64,000 bases of DNA from Methanothermococcus sp. Ax23 (lineage in GTDB: Archaea > AGJL01 > Methanococci > Methanococcales > Methanococcaceae), in contig NZ_CP157522.1 in the NCBI RefSeq assembly GCF_049075655.1, positions 352,001 to 416,000 of the forward strand. Direction: 5' to 3'. The translations under genes were made by a program, and so were the position numbers. This document shows positions 10,861-19,660 of the stretch, piece after piece (the stretch's first letter is position 1; each line of letters begins with the position of its first letter). The notes under the pieces are model-generated. The model worked only from the letters and a program-made list of their open reading frames with translations, did not search any database and was not told where the DNA came from.

Positions 10861-11228
10861 CTGACCTACTCCAACGAGTGAACTCGTTGGGTTCTCGCTT
10901 ACGGTAGTAAGCGAGCAACGAAATCACGAAGTGATTTCGTCTAATTTTAGCAGGGTTTAACCCTACATGGGTGGCCAAGCCCACTACCCCTATCCCCGTT
11001 TAGGAGATTCAGGGCTACGCTGTATCACTAAGATTACTCTATCAAAACAAACCACGATACCAACCACTACCAGCGGTAGAGTTTTCACTAACCCTACCCA
11101 TTAGAACTTGGACTGGTAGCGTTACTTACTATTAATCTTCTCATATTTATATTTTACTACTTACTAGCCGATATAATGTCCGCCTCTCATCCAACGATTA
11201 AAATCGTTGGCTTTCTCGGCGGTTTATC
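10861..11228 (-). mobile_element. Non-autonomous IS200/IS605 MITE (PATE), copy A
   Basis: Near-identical to 12432-12806 and 63274-63595. On the minus strand it follows TTAC (11232-11229), has guide AAAG before the left-end hairpin CCAACGAT-TTTA-ATCGTTGG and GAAC before the right-end hairpin CCAACGAG-TTCA-CTCGTTGG, and ends in TCAG. No ORF. Confidence 0.85.
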
Positions 11229-11344
11229 GTAAAATCCCAAAATTCTAAATTTATAAGTAAAATTTTAGCATAAGGTCATGCAATTGGTTTCATTTGTTTC
11301 AAAGTATATCATTTGATAGTATCAAATTAACCAATTGCTTTATA

Positions 11345-11435
11345 AGTCCCATTGCTGGTTTCGTTGCCGTCCCCAACTCGACTTAATGGGTGTGACCCGC
11401 ACCCCCCTACCCGCTACTGGATTCGCGGTTTGCTT
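11345..11435 (-). ncRNA. GC-rich island; candidate ncRNA or tnpB 3'-end remnant
   Basis: About 55-60% GC (by eye) in an AT-rich spacer. A TATA-like AAAAATATATAC lies just upstream on the minus strand. Translation PVAGRGVRVTPIK resembles TnpB C-terminal tails. Confidence 0.35.
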
Positions 11436-11806
11436 ACTTTGTATATATTTTTCATTTAAAGTCGGAAGAAATAGTATTAAAGTGATACTTACTATAAAAC
11501 ATAGTTCGTAATAGTATTTAAAACTTATGATATTATTATTTGACAATATTTGAAACATTTGGTTCAAAAGTGTAGATGATATTATTTTTACAATAATATA
11601 GGATAATAAGTTATTTCAAAGAATTCATATTTCAACAACCTCTAACATATCATAACATTTATATATGTGTAGTATATACACAAATGTAATATCAAAGAAA
11701 TCTTTAAAAATGCGGTAGTTGATGCAGTTCCATCAAATTTAAGAATTAAACTTAAAGGGCACGGAAAAGGGTTTGAATTAGGCGATAATATAAAAAGGTG
11801 ATATTT

Positions 11807-12412
11807 ATGGAAAATATACTGCCCAACATTGAGGGAAAAACTCCAAAAATAGATAAAAATGTGTTTGTTGATAAAAGTGCAGTAATTATAGGAGATGTTA
11901 TCATAGAAAAAGATGTTTATGTAGGTCCAAACGCTGTTATAAGATGTGATGAACCTCCAACTAAGAACATATTAATAAAGGAAGGAGCTAATATTCAAGA
12001 TTTAGTGGTGATACACTGCCTTAGAAACGCACCAATAGTTGTTGGAAGAGAAACTTCAATTGCCCATTCCTCAGTAATTCATGGCCCTGCAAAAATTGGA
12101 GATAATGCATTTATTGGATTTAATTCAGTCATATTTGGAGCTGAAATTGGAAATAATGCCGTAGTAGGGCATAACTCAGTTATAGATGGAGTTGGTGGCA
12201 ATTTAAAAATACCGGATAATAAATGGATCCCTCCAAACACTTCCATATATAAAGACTCAGATGGTGTAATAAGAGCATTTTTGCCCGATGGAACTGTTCT
12301 AACGGATTTTAATAATCTTCCCGATATCCCAGAATGGTACAGGGAAGTTCCCGGGGAGGTTGTGAAAGTAAATAAGGAATTAAATTTAGGATATAAAAAA
12401 TTTATTAAATAA
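11807..12412 (+). CDS. Gamma-class carbonic anhydrase-like protein (hexapeptide repeat)
   Basis: SAVIIGDVII, NAVIRCDE, NIQDLVVIH, IAHSSVIHGP (three Zn-ligand His); RBS AGGTGA before ATG 11807. Confidence 0.85.
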   Translation: MENILPNIEGKTPKIDKNVFVDKSAVIIGDVIIEKDVYVGPNAVIRCDEPPTKNILIKEGANIQDLVVIHCLRNAPIVVGRETSIAHSSVIHGPAKIGDNAFIGFNSVIFGAEIGNNAVVGHNSVIDGVGGNLKIPDNKWIPPNTSIYKDSDGVIRAFLPDGTVLTDFNNLPDIPEWYREVPGEVVKVNKELNLGYKKFIK

Positions 12413-12431
12413 TTTTTAGTTTCAAGTTAAG

Positions 12432-12806
12432 CTGACCTACTCCAACGAGTGAACTCGTTGGGTTCTCGCTTACGGTAGTAAGCGAGCAACGAAATCACGA
12501 AGTGATTTCGTCTAATTTTAGTAGGGTTTAACCCTACAAGGGTGGCCAAGCCCACTACCCCTATCTCCGTTTAGGAGATTCAGGGCTACCTTTTGAACTT
12601 CCAACCACTACCAGCGGTAGAGTTTTCGATAACCCTACCCATAGATACTTGGACTGGTAGCGTTACTTACTACTAATCTTCACATATTTATATTTTACTA
12701 CTTACTAGCCGATATAATGTCCGCCTCTAATCCAATCTCATAAGAGATTTTACAAAACTATGTTTTGTATAACGATTAAAATCGTTGGCTTTCTCGGCGG
12801 TTTATC
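12432..12806 (-). mobile_element. Non-autonomous IS200/IS605 MITE, copy B
   Basis: Same ends as copy A (CTGACCTACTCCAACGAG...CGGCGGTTTATC|GTAA); has an extra 37-nt module at 12736-12772. Confidence 0.85.
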
Positions 12807-12989
12807 GTAAAATGTTTTTAAATAAGCATGTCGAATATATAATGTTATCATATAATCGCAAAAACCTGAGCTCGCACTATGGCAACATAAAAATCAAATG
12901 GATTAGGGATATAGTCTGTATTAATTAATATTACTTTTAATATAATTTATTCAATATATCATCGTTAAATTAACAGGTTTATTTTTTAC

Positions 12990-13289
12990 CGGCCATGTGG
13001 ATTTAACAAAAACCTACGGTTTTTATTACTGTCCTTCGCTATCGCTCGGACATCAGATAAAATTCCTTGGAATTTTATTACGTTCTTCACTACGTTCAGA
13101 AATCTCAAAACCTTCGGATTTTTTCGATTTACTCATTTCACTCATAAATTAGATGAAAACCTTCGGTTTTCATTACTTTCCTAGCTATCGCTCGGAAATG
13201 CTACAAAAACGAGGTTTGTTCAACCACGAGTGGCGAGTGAGCTACAAATTCCAAAGGAATTTGTTCAATTAGTCGTTGGAATAGGTCAG
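12990..13289 (+). repeat. Mosaic array of about 10 short palindromes (REP/BIME-like) ending in an IS605-like right end
   Basis: AT-rich perfect hairpins alternate with TCC/TTCT-(TTCGCTATCGCTC-like loop) hairpins; ends TTAGTCGTTGGAATAGGTCAG. Left boundary is uncertain. Confidence 0.7.
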
Positions 13290-13425
13290 TTATTTATATA
13301 TTGTTTATTTTCTAATTAACAACTGAAAATTTCATGATAAATAATATATATTATTTTATAAGTTTTATATAATACCACTTATTAATAGTATATTATATAT
13401 TCAAATATAAAAAGAGGGGGATATT

Positions 13426-14952
13426 ATGCATTACATCCATAAAGAAGTTAATGAACCTTTCAAAGACGGTATGGAATTGGCAAGAGAATTGAAAAATAAA
13501 ATAAAGAATCCGTCTTTAATGATATTATTAACATCCATCACAAAAAAAGACGATATTGAAGAATTAATAAATGGATTAAAAACCCACGTAGATGTTAATA
13601 ATTTAATAGGCTGCACCACAGCAGGAGAGTTTTCAAAGGAAAGATGCACCATGCAAAATGGCGTTTTATTAATGGCATTTGATGAAACATGTAAAGTAGC
13701 CATAGGGCATAAAAAAGTAGAAGGGAACCCTACAAATGTGGGCATCTCCTTAGCAGAGGATATTAAAGAAAAATTAAAAGCTAAATACCCAAAAATAAAT
13801 ATAGATGAAAAATTTTTGGGATTTGTATTCCATGATTGGAATGCAGATAATGAGAATGGTATTATAAATGGTTTAGCTGAAAGACTTTCATTTCCTATGA
13901 TTGGAGGAACCGCGGGTGATGATTTAAAATTTAATAAAACATATCAAATATATCAAGATAAGGTATTATCCGGTCACGTTTTATTGGGCGTAATTTCCCA
14001 TAAAAAAAGATTTGAAATATTATATGGTCATGGATACGAACCAACAGAATATTATGCAAGAGTAACTAAGGCAAAAGGAAATATAATTTATGAACTGGAT
14101 GGAAAACCTGCATACGATGTATATCAAGAGATGATAAGCAAAGTTTCAGGAATCCCACTGGACGATGTTAAGAACTATGCACCCTGTGATTTTAAAAATC
14201 TCGACTTTAAAATATTATATCCTTTGGGTGTTCAAGATGCCTATGGAAATTATAGAATTTTATTCTTGAATAATGTTGATGATGACCATCTCAGATTTAA
14301 ACATGAGGTAAATGAAGGAACATTCTTAGTACTAATGAAAACCTCCCCTGAAAAAACTGTTGATTCATTATATCGAGAAATTTCTAAACTAAAAAATTTC
14401 AAAAAACCATTTATATTTATTGCTGAATGTGTATGTAGAGAATTTATAAAGAATTCAAAATATGGTAATGAATTGGTTTCAAAAGATTTTGAAAGATGGT
14501 TTAACAATAAATCACATAATTCGAATATTATTAATAATTGCGTAGGATTTCTATGTTATGGAGAAAGCATCGTAAAAGATATTTTAAGATTCCATAATAC
14601 TCTAACATTTGTTGGGGTGGCATTTGATTTAGAAAGCGATGACAATATTAATTGGAAAAAAGCCTTACAGTATTTTGAATTTTCTGAGGAAGAGCTCAGC
14701 ATAATATTGGAGTTAATGAATTCAAGACTAAGTGCAAAAGAGTTATTACATAGGCTGAATATTTCTCAAACTAAATTATATGCAACATTGAATCATTTGG
14801 AAGAAAAAGGAATAATAAAATCATATGGCAAGAAACCAAAGATGTATTATATAGACAATATAAAGGAAGTTTTGAAAAAAATACATGTCGAACTGGAAAG
14901 TCAATATCGATTTAAAAAAGAAAAAAGAGAGGAGTTATTGTCCCTTCTCTAA
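13426..14952 (+). CDS. FIST-domain sensor protein with C-terminal TrmB-like winged HTH
   Basis: LIGCTTAGEF, IGGTAGDDLKF, IYELDGKPA, ECVCRE, GFLCYGE, FHNTLT FIST motifs; tail SQTKLYATLNHLEEKGII...PKMY. Confidence 0.85.
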   Translation: MHYIHKEVNEPFKDGMELARELKNKIKNPSLMILLTSITKKDDIEELINGLKTHVDVNNLIGCTTAGEFSKERCTMQNGVLLMAFDETCKVAIGHKKVEGNPTNVGISLAEDIKEKLKAKYPKINIDEKFLGFVFHDWNADNENGIINGLAERLSFPMIGGTAGDDLKFNKTYQIYQDKVLSGHVLLGVISHKKRFEILYGHGYEPTEYYARVTKAKGNIIYELDGKPAYDVYQEMISKVSGIPLDDVKNYAPCDFKNLDFKILYPLGVQDAYGNYRILFLNNVDDDHLRFKHEVNEGTFLVLMKTSPEKTVDSLYREISKLKNFKKPFIFIAECVCREFIKNSKYGNELVSKDFERWFNNKSHNSNIINNCVGFLCYGESIVKDILRFHNTLTFVGVAFDLESDDNINWKKALQYFEFSEEELSIILELMNSRLSAKELLHRLNISQTKLYATLNHLEEKGIIKSYGKKPKMYYIDNIKEVLKKIHVELESQYRFKKEKREELLSLL

Positions 14953-15402
14953 TTCTGTATATTATATCATTATATCCATATTTTATTATTTTTAAAATAA
15001 AAAAAATAGAAAAGTATATATATGCGAGAGTATATAATTAAATGTGGGTGGCGTATACACTAATTTTAAAAAATATTATTAATAGGGGTATTAAGTCCTA
15101 TAATGGACAAAATTAATCCAGGGAGGGTTAATTTAAAACTATAAGGGATTATTTACTATCCCACTTAATACTTTAACTATTTTTAAAATAATAATATAAT
15201 TATTTTAATTAATGTTTAGAATGATTTTGCCGTTTAAAACTGTTTAGTTTTTTGTGAGTATTTGTGAGTGTATGGGAGCATTTAGTTTTCGAAATGTTTA
15301 TATAGTATTTTCATGCATAGTTTATAGTGTCAATCTAATCAACCCCAAGACTTTCCTAAACCTCTTTTAAACATGTTAAAACATCCAACAAATTGTCGAA
15401 TT

Positions 15403-15533
15403 GATGGGTGGAGCTGGGGTCCCCACGACAGGGGAGGAGACTGATGACATGCTCCCAATGAACCCAGAGGGAGATGAAGTTGATGACGCCCAAGTCCAAT
15501 GTGAGCATTTACTCACCAACGCTCACATTGGAC
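15403..15533 (+). ncRNA. Candidate standalone ncRNA (HgcC/sotRNA/omegaRNA-like)
   Basis: GC-rich non-coding island with TGATGA boxes, an upstream TTTATATA (15297-15304) and a terminal perfect 13-bp stem. Confidence 0.5.
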
Positions 15534-15572
15534 AGACCCCATAAAGGGCATATATTAATTTTTTAGTTTAAT

Positions 15573-16544
15573 TCACAATGTTAGTTCTTTAAGCTTTGAT
15601 ACTACTTCATAAAAGTCTTCCTCAGAAATGTTTAAAACATCCATTTTCTTTATTTCAACCACAATGCCACTTTTTAATATTCTTTCATATATTGGACATT
15701 TGGTAATTACGGATTTTCCATTGTCTAATTTTATAACTGAGTTTATATTTTTAGATATTTCTTTTGGGTTGTTATATTCTAAAAATACGCATACTCCTTC
15801 ATTATCTTTAAAATAGGCATTTTCAAATTCATTTTTTAAAATATTTGAAAATCTAACACATTTTTTATACGTTTTTTTTGCTTTGATGGTTTCTTCCTTC
15901 ATTAAACCATAGATATTTGGAACTTTATATGTTTTCAACAGGTTTTTTAAATCATTTATTTTGTTTTTTTCAATTAACTGTTCACTTATTTTATCACTTA
16001 TTCCTATGAATCCACCATACTCACAATTTATTATTTTTGGGGAGCCCGTTGAACAAACTACCATGTCTCCATACCCACAATCTCCACCAATACCTCCTGA
16101 AATGTCCTCCACGAATATAACCTCGTTTTCTTCACAGATTTTTTTTATTTCCTTCAATGGTTGATGTGCTAAGTATCCTGCAAGGGATGTTAAAAACAAC
16201 GCATGTATATTATTTTTTTTAATTTCTTCATCCAATGTATTTATATCAACAATACCATAATTTGTTCGGAGCTCTACAATATTAAAATTAAACATTTTTG
16301 GATAAGTCATAAAACCTTTCCATCCCCCCATATCTGGAACAAGAACATTACAGTTGCTTGAAGATGTGTCTATAATGTTGTATAATATATTTGAAGCAAC
16401 ATATATTCCAGCATTCCCAGAGGGAAGAATGGATATATTTTTTTTAGAATACATTAAATCATTTATTGCATGCTTTAACTCTTCAATATTTCCTTCAACA
16501 TTTAATCTTCCTTCTAAACATGGTTTTCTATGAGGGACTATCAT
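15573..16544 (-). CDS. PLP-dependent transferase-fold protein (DegT-like, uncharacterised methanogen family)
   Basis: LPSGNAGI, FVEDISGGIG, CSTGSPKII (Schiff-base Lys), YGGFIG. Confidence 0.7.
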   Translation of the reverse strand: MIVPHRKPCLEGRLNVEGNIEELKHAINDLMYSKKNISILPSGNAGIYVASNILYNIIDTSSSNCNVLVPDMGGWKGFMTYPKMFNFNIVELRTNYGIVDINTLDEEIKKNNIHALFLTSLAGYLAHQPLKEIKKICEENEVIFVEDISGGIGGDCGYGDMVVCSTGSPKIINCEYGGFIGISDKISEQLIEKNKINDLKNLLKTYKVPNIYGLMKEETIKAKKTYKKCVRFSNILKNEFENAYFKDNEGVCVFLEYNNPKEISKNINSVIKLDNGKSVITKCPIYERILKSGIVVEIKKMDVLNISEEDFYEVVSKLKELTL

Positions 16545-16735
16545 TAAATCACCTTTTCATACATTTTATTTAGTATTGATATAATGTATAAAATTTATTA
16601 GAAAAATTCATACCAAGTTTTCATTTAAATAGTAGTTAGTATTCAATAACTATATATATTAGTTTTTTTAATAATATATACAACATTTTGAATAGGTTTC
16701 AATTTAAAGTTTTAACTACATAATTTGGTGATTAT

Positions 16736-17623
16736 ATGGACCCAAAGATAAGTTATTTTAAAACATTTATATCGGCTACAAGGACAAAAAGTTTTTCAAA
16801 AGCTGCGAAAAAACTAGGAGTTACCCAAGGGACCGTTAGCAACCACATATCAGCTCTTGAAAAGTATTTTGATGCCCAGTTGTTTTTAAGAACGCCCGAA
16901 GGTGTGGATTTGACTCCGGAGGGTAAGATACTATATGAAAAGGCTGAAAAAATACTCGACCATATAAACGATGCAAAACAGTATATGAGAATACTTCACG
17001 AGCATCCAGAAGGTATTGTTAGGATTGCTGCAAGTACAACACCTGGGGAACATTTACTACCTAGCATCATAAGCGAATATAAGAAAGAATTTAAAGATGT
17101 TGATTTTAATATAGAAATAACCGATTCAGAAAAGTGTTTTAAATTACTGGAAACAGGTGCAGTGGATATTATTGCAGTAGGAAATATTTATGATAAAAGC
17201 TATGAAAGTGTAGTTATAGGCAAGGATAGGTTAGTTTTAATAGTGCCACCTAATCACAATCTCGCTAAAAAAGGCATAGCAAAACTTTCAGATATTTTGA
17301 AAGAGGATTATATAGATAGAGAAGAAGGTTCAGGAACAAGGGAAATATTGATGAAGGCACTAACTGATAAAGGCTATTCAATGATGGATTTACACACCAT
17401 AATGAGTTTAGGTAGTCACTCATCAGTAATTACTGCGGTTTCAGAAGGATATGGCGTAAGTATAGTATCGGAAATTCCTGCAAAAAAAGCTGCGGAAGCA
17501 GGTTTGGTAAAAATCGTTCCAATCGAAGATTTGGACTTAACGAGGTATTTATATTTGGTTAAAGGTAGAAAACCTAGAAATCCAAGTGCCGTAAAATCAT
17601 TCTGGGATTTTGTGGGCGAATAA
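16736..17623 (+). CDS. LysR-family transcriptional regulator (selenium metabolism-associated, HrsM-like)
   Basis: LysR HTH SFSKAAKKLGVTQGTVSNHISALE; ASTTPGEHLLP; REEGSGTRE. Confidence 0.85.
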   Translation: MDPKISYFKTFISATRTKSFSKAAKKLGVTQGTVSNHISALEKYFDAQLFLRTPEGVDLTPEGKILYEKAEKILDHINDAKQYMRILHEHPEGIVRIAASTTPGEHLLPSIISEYKKEFKDVDFNIEITDSEKCFKLLETGAVDIIAVGNIYDKSYESVVIGKDRLVLIVPPNHNLAKKGIAKLSDILKEDYIDREEGSGTREILMKALTDKGYSMMDLHTIMSLGSHSSVITAVSEGYGVSIVSEIPAKKAAEAGLVKIVPIEDLDLTRYLYLVKGRKPRNPSAVKSFWDFVGE

Positions 17624-17806
17624 ATATTATCGATTTATTTTTATAATATAAACATATAATATTTTTTTAGTTTTAGATTATATAAATTATATAATATTAT
17701 GCTATGTTATATTGTATTTTTCACTGCAACACCCAAATGATTTATAGGGGATGTAAAGGATAGATATATGCATTAGATAGGATATAAATAATTTTTTGGT
17801 GAAATA

Positions 17807-18550
17807 ATGTTTAAAGCCACAATTAATGCAAAGGATTTTAAAAAAATCATAGATGCAACAAGCAATTTGGTAGATGAAATCTGTTTTGAAGTAGATGAAA
17901 ATAATATAAAGGCTAGTGCAATGGACCCATCTCATGTTGCATTGGTAAGCGTGGATATTCCAAAAGAGGCTTTCGAAGAATATATCTCCGATATCCATGA
18001 TATAGGAGTTGATTTGGAGGCACTTAAAAAAATAATGGGAAGGGCAAAAACTAATGAAAAACTTACATTGGAATTGGATGAAGAAAGAAATAAACTAAAT
18101 CTTATTCTTAAAAATGATGCCATAAGGAAGTTTTCAGTTTCACTTTATGATGTGAGCTCTACAAATCTTAAAGTTCCTGACATAGAATATCCTAATGAAG
18201 TAATGATTAAAGCAGGGGCATTTGTCGAAGCATTAAAGGATGCTGAATTAGTTAATGACCATGTTTCCTTGAAAATAAGTGAAGATGGTAAGTTTATAGT
18301 TTATTCAAAAGGAGACATAAACCAAAGTGAAACAACCTATGATAATGATAGCGAGTCCATATTAGATTTGAAAATTACAGAATCTTCAAGAAGCACATTT
18401 AATTTAGCCTATTTGAAAGATATCACAAAGGCGACATCATCAGATGATGTTTTACATATCCATCTTGGTTCAGACATGCCTGTAAAAATAGAGTATAACA
18501 TAGGAAACGCAAAGATATTATTCCTTCTCGCTCCAAGAATAGAAACATAA
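17807..18550 (+). CDS. pcn: DNA polymerase sliding clamp PCNA
   Basis: [27 protein letters not shown]. Confidence 0.96.
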   Translation: MFKATINAKDFKKIIDATSNLVDEICFEVDENNIKASAMDPSHVALVSVDIPKEAFEEYISDIHDIGVDLEALKKIMGRAKTNEKLTLELDEERNKLNLILKNDAIRKFSVSLYDVSSTNLKVPDIEYPNEVMIKAGAFVEALKDAELVNDHVSLKISEDGKFIVYSKGDINQSETTYDNDSESILDLKITESSRSTFNLAYLKDITKATSSDDVLHIHLGSDMPVKIEYNIGNAKILFLLAPRIET

Positions 18551-18598
18551 ACTAAATAATTAATTTTGTTTTTTACTATTATACAAACGTGTGAAATT

Positions 18599-19195
18599 AT
18601 GTATAAAAAAATAATGAATACATTTTTTAATGAGCTAAAAAGCGATGATTTACTGAAGCTATCTGATGATTTCTATGATATGGTTAAAAATTACATAAAA
18701 AATCAGGAATATGAGGATGAAACAGAACTTGAACGGATAAAATATTACATTAAAGAATTAAGAAAGTTAAGATTGTATAAGGCATTTTTTGGAGATAGAA
18801 AGAACCTTCTTGAAGAGGAAAAGGAGCTCCTAAAATTAATTGAAGATATAGAATATTATGATAATTTTAAAAGTAATATAAAAAATGCAGAATGTAGATT
18901 AAAAGAAGATAGTATTTTGGATAAATATCATGAGCTCATATCTAAGAACCAAGAATTATCACATTCAGAACCAAAACCTATAAATACCCAAAAAGATATT
19001 GATATTGTAAGAGTCATTACAAGGTTCCCAGAATTTACAGATGGGAAATTCACTTATGTATTGAATAAAAACGATATAATTACATTAAACAAAAAATTTT
19101 CGAGAATTCTGGAAAAACACAACATAGTTAAAAAAATAAATGGTGGATATCATGAAGATGAAAAAGAAGATAAAAAGATATTGTCCATACTGTAA
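18599..19195 (+). CDS. GINS-family (Gins51-like) replication protein
   Basis: LLKLSDDFY...LRKLRLYK A-domain, [10 protein letters not shown]...[10 protein letters not shown]-domain; conserved PCNA-GINS-L44e-S27e gene order. Confidence 0.7.
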   Translation: MYKKIMNTFFNELKSDDLLKLSDDFYDMVKNYIKNQEYEDETELERIKYYIKELRKLRLYKAFFGDRKNLLEEEKELLKLIEDIEYYDNFKSNIKNAECRLKEDSILDKYHELISKNQELSHSEPKPINTQKDIDIVRVITRFPEFTDGKFTYVLNKNDIITLNKKFSRILEKHNIVKKINGGYHEDEKEDKKILSIL

Positions 19196-19433
19196 AAAAC
19201 ACACACTTCACACAGTAGAAAGAGCAAAAAAGAGAAAAGCAAGTGAATTAACTTGGGGTCAGAGGCAGTTCAGAAGAGTTACTGCTGGATACGGAGGTTA
19301 TCCAAGACCTTTACCAAGTGGTGCTAAGCCAGTTAAAAAATTGGATTTAAGATACAAATGTTCAGAATGCGGAAAAATGCACGTAAGAAGCAACGGCGGA
19401 TTTAGAGCAAGAATATTTGAATTAGTAGAATAA
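19152..19433 (+). CDS. rpl44e: 50S ribosomal protein L44e
   Basis: [38 protein letters not shown]. Confidence 0.95.
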   Translation: MKMKKKIKRYCPYCKKHTLHTVERAKKRKASELTWGQRQFRRVTAGYGGYPRPLPSGAKPVKKLDLRYKCSECGKMHVRSNGGFRARIFELVE

Positions 19434-19474
19434 TTTAAAAAATATTTTAATTATTTAAATATAGAGGTGGAATA

Positions 19475-19660
19475 ATGGCATTAGTGCAAAAACCAAGAAG
19501 TAGGTTTTTAAGAATCCAGTGTCCAGATTGCGGTACAGAGCAGGTAATATTCGGATGTCCAGCAACAGTTGTAAAATGTATAACATGCGGAAAAACACTT
19601 GCTGAACCAAAAGCTTCAAAAGGATTAATTAAAGCAAAAATATTAGAAGTTTTAGAATAA
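19475..19660 (+). CDS. rps27e: 30S ribosomal protein S27e
   Basis: [20 protein letters not shown]...[10 protein letters not shown]. Confidence 0.95.
   Translation: MALVQKPRSRFLRIQCPDCGTEQVIFGCPATVVKCITCGKTLAEPKASKGLIKAKILEVLE

Noticed and set aside
11340-11567. 75-aa minus-strand ORF as a real gene
   Set aside because: No clear RBS, low-complexity AT-rich 5' part; only the GC-rich 3' part looks meaningful.
11712-11750. Fluoride riboswitch upstream of CA (TTGATG-CAGTTC-CATCAA)
   Set aside because: Lacks the downstream GCTRATGAC pseudoknot partner.
12990-13289. CRISPR array
   Set aside because: No constant repeat with unique spacers; units are variable self-complementary hairpins; no cas genes in the window.
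15105-15135. Origin recognition box (TCCAGGGAGGG)
   Set aside because: Single weak match, no repeats and no adjacent cdc6/orc1.
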